Notes: generated by a model not told the origin, from the letters alone. A stretch of DNA of 63,725 nucleotides, filler included, from Reticulomyxa filosa (GCA_000512085.1; 16 parts of 16 records of this genome joined end to end with filler, not necessarily neighbours in it), one strand, 5' to 3'; shown: positions 38,716 to 52,614, counted from the whole stretch's first letter. Program-made: numbers and translations.

Positions 38716-39195
38716 ATACAGTAGAATGCAAAGTAAAGTTGAAACATAAAACTGTACATTATAGAGATGATTGATTTTCTTCATGAAAAAACAACACACA
38801 GACCTATTTTTTAAAAATATCTACAAATTGTATAGTTTTTAAATATCATTTTGGTTTTTTATTACATCATTACTAATTGAGTATTGATTTTTGAAAATTT
38901 TCGATAAAAAGTTGACAACAGTGACTGTGTAGTAACAATAAATTTGATAACTTTTTAAAAATCATTTTAAAAATAAAAATGATTAAAAAACACAAATATC
39001 AAATTATACTGAGCTAAAAAAAATGACAAAATAATTAGTGAAGATTTAATAAAAAACAAAAATGATATTTAAAAACTATACAATTTGTAGATATTTTTAA
39101 AAAATAGGTCTGTGTGTTGTTTTTTCATGAAGAAAATCAATCATCTCTATAATGTGCCGTTTTATGTTTCAACTTTACTTTGCATTTTATTGTAT
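38716..39195. mobile_element. Fold-back/MITE-like element with ~150-bp near-perfect terminal inverted repeats
   Basis: 38716-38864 is the reverse complement of 39047-39195 with few mismatches; ~180-bp AT-rich spacer. Confidence 0.85.
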
Positions 39196-39789
39196 TTGTG
39201 AAAAAACAAAAAAATGTTTAAATATCTAAAAGTATGCTCTTTCGTATTAAATGCTTTTCATTTCTAAGAATAAATGTCTTGTTTCAATATATTGATATAT
39301 TTACAATTTCTATTGATATTTAAAAATATAGTATTAATTTGATTTTACGTTTTACTGTCATATATACTAAAAAGTTAAAGAGTTGTAAATGCATTAAACT
39401 ATCTGTAATATTTGTTGTTCTTTTTGTTTCATGCGTTTATCTCTTGTTTGCTTATTGCCCTTTAAAAAAAGATTATCTTTATATGTACATCAAATTTTTC
39501 TATCGTTAACCTACTCATTATATTTCTTTGAAAACTGACACAAATAAGTTGGTATAATTGTAGTAACTTCAAAAAAAAAATTGTAATCTTTGTAAGTATT
39601 CTCTGATATATATAGGCACACAAGTGGGGACCAAAAAGTTAAAGTCAACAGGATTATTGCACATATCAATAACATCAATGATACTTGTAACGTCAAAAAT
39701 ACAGCACAAATACTAACAGAACAGCTAGTAAATTTGGTGAAATGCAAAGAAAAATTGACATATAGCCAAAAGAATCAGAAAACGATTAT

Positions 39790-40330
39790 AAAAAGGTTGG
39801 TTTTCTTTTAGCTGTCGAAAGAATACTTATTTTTTTGCGATTTCGAAATACGTATACATTTGTGAACACAGTGTTTTGCTTATTTTGTGGTTGCTATGGT
39901 GTTCGATATTGATTAATGTAAAACAGACCAGAAAAAAAATGCAGACATTGCGTGAAGAGATTATGCTAGCATTACAATGTAATTTCAAACTGAAAAAAAA
40001 TTGCTATTTTGGATAAACAAATTCAGCGATTTATTCAGAATATGCTTTCAATTATCCAGGTGTGAGCGTATCAATAGCAAGAAGGGTGATTGAGGATATT
40101 GGAAAAGCGTAGCGCTAATTACTCGATACACAACATAAATTTTTTTTTAACTCATAGTGCAACCTTTCATAACATTTCAAAAAAAAAAAGGTTTTCAAAA
40201 ATAAACTTAAAACGTATGAACATTGATTTGCTTGCAAAGTTGACTAAATGAATAATCCAACAAAAGAAGCAATTGCAGAGCTACTGTCTCTTGGAAGGGA
40301 AGAAACTCAATGTGAAAAATTGTTAAATAA
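39790..40330 (+). pseudogene. Possible decayed ERCC4/XPF-family (Mus81-like) nuclease gene
   Basis: Fragments LLAVER, KYVYICE and NMLSII(P)GVSVSIARRVIEDIG (helix-hairpin-helix-like) occur in the expected order, broken by stops and frameshifts. Confidence 0.35.
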
Positions 40331-43317
40331 AGAATCATACACTTGGTGTGCTTGGTTCTTCACACAGTAAGGAAAGACTTGAGTGATTTTGTGAAAACAG
40401 TGGTATTTGACTTGCATGACGATCAGTACAATAATCGGAAAGAATTGTTGTTGCGACCTTATTTTAAAGTATGTTGCAAAAATCGTTTGATCAAGTCAAT
40501 AATATTGAATCTTTTGTTCATGCAAATACCGCAATTACTTAAATTTTGTCCACTTATGCCACAGATGACATGGTTGTTGATTTTGCGAAACATCTTAAAG
40601 AAACCCATTCGGAAAATGGTACAACAGACCTCACTAAATCTTAAAATTAGTCTCATTGAAGTTAATTGGGACAAAGTATTCTTTCAACTATTCTTCGACC
40701 CCTTTTTTTTTACACAATAAAAACAATATCATTCACAACAACACATACAAACTAACCCTACTCAACTTATTTCGACTACCTACTTTTTTTTTGAGCAATT
40801 AGACTTTGTTCAAAACTTGCATTATACAAAAAAAGAATTGTACACAACAGTGTATAAGATATGTATATATGTGTATATGCGTATAGATCCATCTCAAATA
40901 ATAACCATCTATGAGACCGAAATTAGCAAACCATGAGATGAAAACTCAATCTTACAGCCAAAGATGCTGAAGACAAATACGCGAACCAAGGTTATAATCT
41001 TTCCAGAACCGTTTCCACTTTCATTTAACAAGTTGTTGGAAATGAAAGATCATATCACCACGTTACCAGTTGGAAATGGTTACACTTAATGTTGATAGAT
41101 TAATGTACTTGCTAAATTAGCACTTTATGTGCAATGTGGAACAATAATCAAGTGAAAGAAAAAAGAACGGAGTGTGGACTATTGTGTATTTGCTCATATT
41201 TTCAATGAAACTATTTCTTGTAAATCAAATGTAAAATTACATTTTTTTTTTGCTATATTGTTGTAGGACAATCTCGTTATTTAAGTTTGTTTTGATGGAT
41301 AAAAGATTATTTGCGCACATAAGCAGTCCATCAAATAATTGTGCTGTGGAAACAATTGGAACAGACACAACTGAAATTGTATAAACGCTTGTCACTCGAT
41401 ATAATAACACTAGATGCATTTGTTCAGAAATAGTTGGCGGGCTCTGTCCAAATAATTCCAACAATGTATTGATCAAAATGTGGTCACAATATAAAATATT
41501 ATATTGATATTTATTTAAATTCTACTTGTTGATATTAGCACAATTATAGATAAATAACGATTATAAACTCAATTTGTTATGCAGCAAAATATATATTTGA
41601 AGAAAAAAAACAAAAAACTTGACTTCAATCGCTTTTAATGTTATTTAAGTATCAAACTAATAGCTTAAACATTAAAAAAATAAAAATAAGCATAAAAGAT
41701 GAACAAAATATTTCTTTTTGCTTTTTATTCTTTTATGCTTTTTTATTTTTTCCAAAGCGCTGTAAAAAAATTACTTGGTAATTTGTCTTTTCACATTGGA
41801 AATAAATTTGTTTTGTCATATGAAAAATATTTGTCAATTGTATTTTAGCGTCATCAACGTTTGCGTTTTCCATTTTTTCATAGACTAACAGCTCATGTTA
41901 ATATTGCTACAAAACAATAATTTTCAGCAATAACATTATGTTCGACCAAGTATACTATTTTTCTTTTATTTATACTTATACAGAACATTAAACAACAAAA
42001 AGTACACTTAACTTCGTATTTTCATACGCAAATCTGCTACTACATATTGTTTAAAAGGTTTTGAAGTTTGATCTTTCTTTTTGCTATCCTTGTTTTACCA
42101 CTCTGTCAACTTCATGCTTTACACAGTATTGCTCACAAAGGTCATTACTAAGTTTTATACATGTTTGTGCTGCCTCAATTGTGATATTGTTTCTCATTTT
42201 TATAATTTTTTAAAAAATTTGCACGAACATATAAAACAAAACAAATGAGAATAATAAAAAATGAACGTCCAGCCCACTCCCTTTAAAAAACTAAAGAGCG
42301 TCTTCACACTTTGAGAATAGCAGACACTGTTTGTTTGTTTTGAGTCATCAAAAAATCTGCGTCACTTTTTTAGTCGTCTTTTGCTGCAGCATTTTTTTGT
42401 TCTTATTTTGTTGAAATCAGATATTATAAAGTGTTTTTACTGCAGCGACGTCTGTCAGTATGATGGAAGGTCGATCTACAATTTCAGTGTTTCCATATGT
42501 CGAATCTGGATTTATGTAATTGTCAATCTCATTCCAACTGTTTATTTTTTTAAATTACCACTCTATATTAATGTATGTGTTTTGTTTTGACAATTCACCG
42601 TCATAGTACACATAGTCTCTTTTAAAAAACGTTATTTACTAATTTTCTTCAAATTCAAAACTATTCAAGACAATATTGTTAGAACTTTTTTTGTTTGACT
42701 TTTCTATTTGCAAATTTTTACAATTTGAAATAATAATTGAAATTTTATCAAATGTTGTTTTTTTGACTTTCCAAAAATTTGAAATATACCTCAATGATTG
42801 TGTAACATTTGTTGTGATATTTTCTTTGGAATAAACTTTTATTTTAAACAATGATGAAGAAATAAAAAAATAATCCTTTTGTACTATTAATTGCACTTTC
42901 ATCAGCAAATTAGAATTCATTTACCTCTTTTTTTTTCCTTGCACGGTATTAAAAATTTTTTTTTGGGAGTGATGAATACTCCGAACTAGATAGAATGAAA
43001 TTTGAATTGCTAAACTCATTAAAAAATTGGCAATAGTTGACTGGTTTTATCCAAAAATTAGCTTTACTCCTGTGCAAAGCAAAAAACACATAGCATTCTA
43101 TTAAAGTTGACCAGGAGTGGACAAGAAAGAAGGAACAAATTAAAAAGCCTTCAACGAATACAACAAGCAATATTGTTTCCGTGTTGATTCCAACGTGAGT
43201 TTTGTTTGCAAGAACAGTGTTACAAAGTAAAAAGGTGAACATTGAAAAAAAGCGAAAGACCTTAATTATCTGCAAACAAAAGTGGAATTGGGACAATACA
43301 AGCAAGAAGGCGCGCTA

Positions 43318-45177
43318 ATGTCGTCCCCCGCAAAGCCAAAGTCGTCACAAATAGAGCTAGAAGATCAGCAACATTGGAAGAGTAGGAAGCTGTTGTGTGG
43401 AGGTTTGGTGGTTGCAGTGTGTTGCCTGATCGTGCTATGTGTTTCAGTCCGGGACGTGAGCGACATGGTGTGGACCCTTCCGCAAGAGAAGTCGGAAGGA
43501 ATGGAACAATCACAGTCACAATCACAAGTGCAATTACAAGAAGAAGAAGAAGAAATATCAATAGCGGAGTACTTGCACACAGTGATATTACCCAAGTTGC
43601 AATACGTGAATGTGACGGAATTGTTTGGACAGACACAAGTGGAGCAAGTGAATGCCCGGACATCGACGCGAGTGATTCCGAGCGGATGGAACAAGTTGGA
43701 ATTGTCACTGAAGCGAGTGGCAGGGAATGGAGAGAAGACATTTGTGACGGGATTCACGCCATGGTATGCACACACATGTCCATTGTTGAAAAGTTTGTAC
43801 CAATGCTATCCTTGGAACAACTTCCACTTCAATGCATACACAATATCGTCATTGACGTATCCGTTGCACAACAACTCGAGATATGCGCAAATGTTTTTCA
43901 CAGACACTACGAACCTGTACCACAAACATTACGAAGACGGACTGAGACGTGAGCACACGCTTTTGCGAACGCGCAAAGACGTGAGTGTGTTCGAATGGAC
44001 CAACTCGTTTGGCGAACAGCCTCTCATTTCCTTGCTGTGCACGCTGTTCGAGTTCGATTTGACCCGCTTCACCAATGCCCACGTCCATCCCGCCCAAATC
44101 GAACTGCGTCTGCTGGACAAACGTCTACAACTTCTCACGGCCTTGGACGCCTTCGACCAGTTCCCTCACGTGTTCAAACCCTGTGTCAACGACGACTGGA
44201 ACGGCGTTCAAGAGAAGCTCCGCGAAAAGACCAATGCTACTGTCTCTGTTGCCGAGTTCTTTCACATGTTCCCTTACTACCAACATGCGCTACGCACCTT
44301 TCGCTTCAACATCTCCGACCCGCTCGTCGTGGCCGAGTTGAAACACTACACTTGCTCCGCTGATTGGACCTATCTGCGCTTCGCAAAAAACAATCTCAAA
44401 TGGCAGTTCTGTTGGAACGCGTGGGAAAATGACAAACGCATTTACAAGGGCTTGGAGTTGTATAGGTAGGTATCTTTTTTTTTTTTTGAGGGAGGGTTCT
44501 CGTATCTTGTTATTTGCCTACAAATCAAAAGACAACCAATCAATTTTTTGAGATGGTCTCTTTTCTCACCCAATCAAAAAAAAAAAAAAAATGGAACAAA
44601 GTGTAAAACGATTGCGGTGTACACAATACACAAAACACACACGAAGCTCGAAAGTGTTGGCGCTGGAAACTGACTTCGATGACGTTCGACTGAACGCAAC
44701 GTACGCAATTGACCCGGATGCTGGAAATCGTACATTAAACATAAACATGCAAGCGTTTTTATGCGACATGGATGTGCTGGTTTTCAACCGTGGGAATTCT
44801 CCATATTATGAATGGGACAAATTCTTTTGGAATGAGTACAGACAGATATTGGAATGGAGACACAAGTATTGCGATTTCTCCAAATTTGCAAACAAAAAAA
44901 AGGCAAGAAATTGTACGTTGTGTATCATGGATACTTTTGGTATTTCAATGATATTGGTATACCGAATGAATTCAAAGACGTTTTTGTCAATATTTCGCCA
45001 TTGCTTTACATGACCAGACAGTGGGGCGATCCCCGCGATATGCATTGGAGGCTTGACCATATGAAAGATGGAGGAATGGCCAGTGGACATTTTTGCATGC
45101 CTGGCGGCTCCGAACACTTGTTCTTGCTTTTGTTGGAAATCATTGAAGCACTCACTGGTCCTGCTTTTTCCATTTAA
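43318..45177 (+). CDS. Type II membrane PC-esterase/TBL-like (SGNH-type) acyltransferase/esterase
   Basis: N-terminal TM helix. WTNSFGEQPLISLLC aligns with family GDSxxxQxxSLLC; DVLVFNRG; C-terminal GHFCMPGGSEHLFLLLL aligns with DCxHWCLPG. Intron 44466-44601; +1 A needed at 44894-44901. Confidence 0.7.
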
Positions 45178-45530
45178 CTTTTTTTTTTTGGCTGGAGATC
45201 GTGTTTTTTTATCCGTTTAGTCTTTTTAAGTGAACAAGCGATGAGTAACTTGAAAATGAGAACAACAAAAAAAAGAACATTTTTTTTTCGCTTTGAATTA
45301 TGGTACACATACAACAATCATATTTTTTCCAATCCACTCGATATTTCTATTAGATCGTCCACTTAACACTTTATAAATGTGCTCGTTCGCCACAAAATTT
45401 GTTTTTATCGTAAAGTGGCTTTATGGCTCATTTGACGTTCTTCCTTTCGGTGTGCCAGTAGGGGGGGGACAAACGGAAAAGAAAATATTGAAAAATCTTT
45501 TAACAAATGATTGGATATTTCATAAGCAGT

Positions 45531-47875
45531 ATGAGATCATCGTGGGTGTATGCAATTGTATTGGTAGCACTGCACGTGTTAAATGCATTTCCGGTAGTGT
45601 CAAGTGCAAGTAATGTGACTATAAGCAGTTCAAGCGGGAACGTGACGAACGGGCAAATATATTTGAATCCTCACGACAAGGTGAGTATAGTGATAACCTC
45701 ATGGAATACGTTGGTCAACCGCTCTGCCAGCCACGTGTGGAAATCGATAACGTGGGAGTGTGTACAATGTCCACAAGGGTACAATAACTTGACAGGCGTG
45801 TCGGCGGTGCAAATTTCCAACAAGGATTCGGCGTCATTGGAAAACGAAAGTATACGTATTCTCCAAAGCACGCTGATGATCAACCCAAGCCAGTCCAAGA
45901 AGAGTTTGTGTGCCAAAACGCCTGCCATGGATATGTTCCCATCCACTTCGAGTGTCTCCCCGACCTCTTACACACTAACCTTCAAAGCAGTAGCATACAG
46001 GTAAAAAAAAAAGGGGATTTACTTATGGCAAGAGAGAGAGGGGGGATTGAGTATGTGAAGAATCTGGTTCAAAAAGATTTTTTTGTTTTATTAAAAAAAA
46101 AAGTAATGTATTGGCGAGTGACGAAGTAGAAGTAAATGTAACAGTGGTGATAAGCCCACCACCGTCAAATGGGACATGCAACTTGTATCCACAGTCAGGA
46201 GTAGGTACAGGCTTCGAGACATGGTTTACGATCAACTGTTCCGGGTACCATGTCGGTGCGAACACAGCATTCGACTATCAATACTATCTGCCGTCGCAGC
46301 AAATCTACCTTTCCAACGTCTCGCAATCCAATCCGAACGAGTTGCGATTTCAAATGGGCACAACGTCGAACCTCACCGTCCAAGCGCTTATTGTCGACAC
46401 GCACAACTTCGTCTGCTACAACTGCTTATCAACAACATCTCGGCGTCCAACTTTATGAAAAATGCGTCCGTTTTCATGGCCTTTCTGAACCAACAGAAGG
46501 ATGACGTAATTACCAATCGTCAAATCATCATTCAATTCGCTAGTAACATTTCGCAAGTGTTGTCTGATGCCGCAATGTTAGGTTCATTTTTTTTTACACC
46601 TTTTTTTTTAAAAAAAACAAAAATTTGGATTAGATCGTACAATAACGCAGATCGCAAAAGTATAGCAGATTATGCGGTGTCATTGCTGAGTGACAGACGC
46701 GGCCGACTTTGACACATTGTCCAACCAGTTATCATTGCTCGTGGAAATTGCGACGAAAAGCCCGTCGTTCTCGCCGCCGTATGATGCAGTCCGGCGCGCA
46801 ATTGGATTGTAAGTTCGTCGTAATGCCCTTCTTCTTTTATGCACAGCAGAGCTCGTTTCTCCAAGGGGTATCCTCCAATGCCACTGACGCCATCAATGCC
46901 ATGTACCGTGCGTTCATAAACGAAATCGGCTCGCCTTGCAAAACTCGGTCGCCTCCACGCAATGCCCTGGCTCCTACTCGGGCATTGGTGTAGCGTAACT
47001 TCGTGTGGGTATCCAATCAATTCCAGCTTCAGTGATATTTTTCTTATGTTTCTTGTAGCGGAAGGACAGGTGAGCACAAAGGATTGTATGAACCTGGAGA
47101 ACTGTAAAGACATCCACACAGAATGAATAGACTCCCACCCCTCTCTTTGCACATCAATCTCCAAACAAAACGATATAATCATTACTATACATAGCAAGAT
47201 GCTGTCGCAAACAGCACGCGTGAGCAATTGCGACCCGCATCAACACAGGAGAAGCCTCAAACAAAACTATCAGCCAATGCGTATTTTGGGACACGGTCTG
47301 TTTTTTTTTGAAATAGCATTCATTTTGATATATGTACCCTCCGTTCTTATGCACACATACGTGTACATACTTTGTATACTTACATATCATGTACTACTAT
47401 TTAGACGATCAATGATTGGTCCTCAGATGGATGCTGGGTGGTTTCCATAAAAGGAAATTGGACGGAATGTGCATGCAATCATTTGTATTTACTGCAATCA
47501 TCATACCGTATCACGCGAAGATCGCTTACCCTGAAGAGTCTATGTTCCCACAGTTTTGCATTCCAACTTAATTTTTTGTTTGTCATCTGTTCGTTTGTAA
47601 ACACGACATCTGCAGGTTTACTGTTCTGGAACAGGCATTTCACAATCCATGGAGGCAGCAATTATGGAAAAGGCAATAAAAAAAAATATATATATATCAT
47701 CGTCGTGAAAAATCGTCAAGATTATCTCGAGATCACTTCAAGTAAACTTAGAACAAGTAGATATATCGATATATCTCAAAATCGTCGAAAAAGTCAAGTA
47801 GTTTCAACTAACAAGAATCATCAAGCCAAAGTCCGAAAAATTTTTTTACTAGTAAAATTAGTTGGATTTTTGTGA
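45531..47875 (+). CDS. REJ-domain + GPS/GAIN-motif polycystin-1-like surface protein; 3' half disrupted (possible pseudogene)
   Basis: Signal peptide. PPSNGTCNLYPQSG....TWFTINCSGY....DYQYY (REJ) and WTECACNHL (GPS). Intron 46001-46103; several frame breaks after 46400. Confidence 0.65.
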
Positions 47876-48336
47876 TATTGTTAGTATTGTGTGGTTTTTA
47901 ACCTTTTTCACCATTTGGCAACGTTTTTGTTGCAATTCATTTTCGGGGGCTATTGTCGTCGGTTCTGCATTTTGTGTGTTTTGTGACTGTGAGAGGTGGA
48001 AGCGCTTTAAAACCTACCGCGTATCTTGACCTCAGTTGCTTTAAGTGTACCGAGGTACAAACTCCTGGTAACTGAGATATTAACTCCTTTACTGGCAACG
48101 GGAGGCTTGTGTGAGAGGGTATCGATCCTAGCTTAGCCTTAAGAGTGTTCGACGCTTTCGGGAAATTGGCAATCTCGAGGCAAATACCTATTTTTTGTTT
48201 TTGGCAGAACTCCGAGGGTCGGGTAACTTCTACTGANNNNNNNNNNNNNNNNNNNNNNNNNNNNNNNNNNNNNNNNNNNNTTAATTAATTAANNNNNNNN
48301 NNNNNNNNNNNNNNNNNNNNNNNNNNNNNNNNNNNN

Positions 48337-49952
48337 AACTATCGACTTGGATACGTGTACATGAGGAGCACTTTTGATATGCAAGCATTTCATCTGTGTA
48401 TCAAATGACATATACATAAATATATATATATATATATATTATATATATTATATATATTTATGTTCTTTTGTTATTGTAACCTGGCCTGCAAAGTCCAACA
48501 AAGTCCACAAAAAAAAATCGCTAATGTGACAATGGATGAACAAGTCGATGAATTGTATGGACGGATTGGAGAAGAGAGCGGTAAGCAGCTGCAGGACAAT
48601 GAGATGATGACTGGACGTGAACGGAGGGGACCCCGTGGCGATGAGAGGGAGACCAACGTTGGGACAAGACACTCCGTACAAGCGAATGCGCAGGAGCGCA
48701 CGTGCGTGGGCCAGTGCGTCCAAGAGCGCCTGCACGGAGAGCAGGTACGACTGCGACGGCCACAGATTGAGCGACAGGTCTTGGAGATGCAGCTGCAGAT
48801 GCGACAAAAAAGGGGACTGGACGGAGGCGAGATAAGGCCCAAATCCGATGAGATGCAACTTGGTCAAGTTGTGGAAGCGATTGAGATACGTCTGAACAAA
48901 CGACCCTGGCAGACAAATGTCGTCAAAAATCGACGGTAAAATGAGCGATCGCAATTGCAATGGACACTTGTGCTGACTCAGCAAAGCAAAGTCGTTTACA
49001 GGAAACAAGCAGAACAAGTGCAAGTTCACAACCTCGATTCTAATTATATGTTGCATCAATCCAGTTATGTTATGTTTCGACACCATTGATTTGTGTCGTT
49101 GAATTATTTCCAATGTTTTCAATTCTTTTTTTTTTATATTGTTAAAAAAAGATGTTTATATAAATATATATGTATATATAAATATGTATATAAATATACA
49201 TATATATGTATATATATATATTTATTTATTTATTTATATAAAACTACTTGTCTTATGCTTTGCAAGCGTTTCCAAAACATTTGCAATCCTCAAATCGGTG
49301 AACAACGAGTTGTGGTCCGGGTCGATGACGAGTGTCAGACTTTGCAAAGAGTCCAAAGAAAACAACTCGAAAGACAAATACGGGAAATGAAGCATCGCAA
49401 TCGAATCCACACACAACTTACTCACATTCTTCCACAAATAACCAATGTTGTAATGCACAAAATACTTGTACCATAGCGATACTGGCCAATTTGTTATATC
49501 CACTGTCTTTCCATCATTTTTTTTTTTTGTTTTGTTTTGTTTTTATTTTTGCTTATTTTAATTTTAATTTCAATTTTAATTTCAATTTCAATTTCAATTT
49601 TGTCACAAATTTTTTTTCCCTTTTTTTGACAGAAAGAGAAAGAGAAATAGAAATAACATGCAACGCTCCATGCTTTCGGCTTATACAATGCCTTTGAAAA
49701 TAGCTTGCATATTGGATTTGTTTGCCAACTCAGCTTATCGAATGTATTTGCATAACCCAAGATTTCTGTTACCAAGTCCAAATTTTGTATCACTGTTGCT
49801 GTGCTTCTCTTTGCTGCTCCTTCTTCTTCTTCTTCTTCTTCTTCTTCTTCTTCTTCTTCTTCTTTGCTTCGTCTGCTTACCTGGGTTTTTACTTCACATT
49901 TTCGCCTTCGCTTGCAATGTGGCCAGACCAAATTGTCCTCGGGTTCGCTCAT
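48337..49952 (-). CDS. F-box-like + leucine-rich-repeat protein, 3' partial
   Basis: DLVTEILGY..TFDKLSW....CKLFSKAL.KP.AWS (F-box-like); LRR-like LQSLTL, LRSLIL, LTKLHL, LQDLSL. Confidence 0.6.
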
Positions 49953-50525
49953 TAACTCACACCTTCTCTTCTTCAATTTCGCTCAAAACTTAAAATAACA
50001 ATCTGAATCTGATTTCCCCCAATTAAAAAAAAAATGCAACACAGAATATTTGGAAAGAGGGGGAAAATTATGAAATATGGAAATGAAAAAGGGAAACGAG
50101 TCAAGACTTTTTTTTTACAAATCTTTTTAACAGTTTAAAAAAATCTTAGTTGTCAAATTTTTGTTTAAATACGTATCTTCCTATTTTTAAAAGTGATATA
50201 CATGAGATAAATAGCATTTCTCAAATTTTCTTTGTTTAAATGTTAAACTGCCACGCAATTTGTAAATGTATATTTTAAAATGCCCATCTGACATCAATAC
50301 GTCAATTTGAATTGGCTTGTCAATTCGTGTATTTGTCCTTCAATGATTGCTTTATAATGTGTCAATATTTCGCAACAAAAAAATAAGACAAATTTTGTTG
50401 AGAAAAATAAAACAATATTTATTTGAAAAATGTGGATGATCCGAACAAAAATACTTGAAGATTGGCCATTGGCTACAATAAAATGAGGCTATTCATATCT
50501 TTTCTTTTGCTTTTAAGTTTTTGAT

Positions 50526-52582
50526 TTACTTATTATTATTTCCTGATTGCTGCAACTTTTGATTTTTTTTGTAATGTTCTTTTTCATCTCTTTCATCTTC
50601 CTCAGAAGAATAATCAAATGGAGATGAAAAATCACCGTTTTCGTCCTCATTAAGACGATTTCGAGAAGCAATATATGTTTCACTGTTACTTTTTTTTTTG
50701 TCAATTGCACTGTCCTGCTTTGATTTCTTTTTGTGATTAACCAAATGACTGTCACTGGATTCCTCTTCGGATGAATATTTTCTATGACTCTTTGGCTTTG
50801 ACTTTTGGCTACTCTTGTCAGAGCGCTGATGTTCTCTTCGATAGGATTTATTAATGTTCCTTTGAATGTCTCTTTTGCTCCTTTGATTTTTTCTTTTTTT
50901 CTTTTGTTTAGCCGAGTCCGCATTTGATATGTTACAAGAATCGCCACTGCTGCTTTTTTTGCTCTTGGTAATATCTGTTTTGTCAATGCTTTTACGATTA
51001 CTATGTTTTGAAACACCAATCTTGCGTTCTAACTTGTTATTTCCTTCATGATCTATCATCAATTTGTTATAGCAAAACCATTTGTTTGATATAATAACAA
51101 ACAATTGCAAAGCTACGTGCCCAAAAATGGCAATCAACACCTACCATTTCGATTTGATAGTCCTAAAAATTCAAGCATCTGTCGCTGATTAAACAATCTG
51201 GATGCACTGCCATACAGCATTTGAGTAGAAATTATTGATATGGAGTGATGAAAAAAAGTTGCATGTCCAAACCAAGAACTGACAAATTTGCACTTTTTTT
51301 TAATGTCTGCATGTTGTGAAATCATGTCGTTGATACTTTGATATCCTTCACGGGCATCTTGTAAAAACATAAACTCAACAATCAAGCAAAATTTTCCACG
51401 CAAATAAATCGGAAGAAACCTCGCTGGACCAAATTGTTCAATACAAAGTTGATGAAACAAGTAAAATTGCTTTGCCATAATTTTTTGAATGCATCTTCGG
51501 GGACCAGAAAATAAACTTGAGACCTATTCGAAAATGGTATTTGATCAAACTCTTGTGTATTCTTCATTATCAAATGTTTGTAATCATTTGTTAGAAATGT
51601 TGATTCACTTTCATTGTCACCTGGTTTTTTTTTTTTTTTTTCATTAGATGGAACAAAAGAGTTCAATTGTTGATACTTTTTCTCTTGCTTTAAAAAAATT
51701 TTTTTAAAAAAAAAAGACAGTTCTTTCTTTCCGGAAATAATATAGATTTGAGAATTTACAAATTACTTTTTGTTTTGACTTCTTGCGCTTTCATCATGAG
51801 AACTATATCGAATATGTGATTGCGCTTTTTGTTTGCTGTTGTCATAATCATTGTTGTTAGCACTGTTATGACGACTCTTATTTGTTTTCGAATTCTTCAT
51901 TTGAGTAACAATAGGGTAATGTGAATGTTCATCCTTTTGCTCATTCATTCTCCAAGCTATATTCAGCACTGGAATTTGATGATGACTTTCAGACGATGAC
52001 AGTTTATTTGTTGCAGCTGTAAATTCAATCGGTGTATTTTCAATTAATCTGTTTCCATCATTATTTGCATAATGTTCCATCATTGCCTCCTTGGAATTTC
52101 GTTGTATATTACTGGTAGATACTGCAAGACCGGAATTATTATTATCATTATAAGCGGTGATCATACTTGAATTCACTGGCACAATAGGATTCGAATTATC
52201 CTTAATAACTGCTGTTGATGACTGGATTGGATTTATATTTGCGTTAATCAAACTTCCTTCAATTTGTTCCAATTTGTTCTGGGTTGCAGATACAGTATTG
52301 ATCATAGCACTTTCTTTGAACGATTTCGACAATCCCTCACTGGGATATATCTCATTTGCACAAATCATAGATTTGCTTTTTTTCTTATTGTAGCTGTAAT
52401 CATTCTTGTAATGTCCATTTTTGTCCTTAACAATGTCTTGTTTGTTTGCCAGTTCAATCCTTTCTTGATTGGTCACATCAAGAATTTTTGTGGTTGAATT
52501 GCGTTCGCTATTCTCAATTACATTGATTTTATTTGTGTCCTACACATTCAAAAAATTTTGTGTTATTATTTGAAAATACATA

Positions 52583-52614
<32 letters not shown>

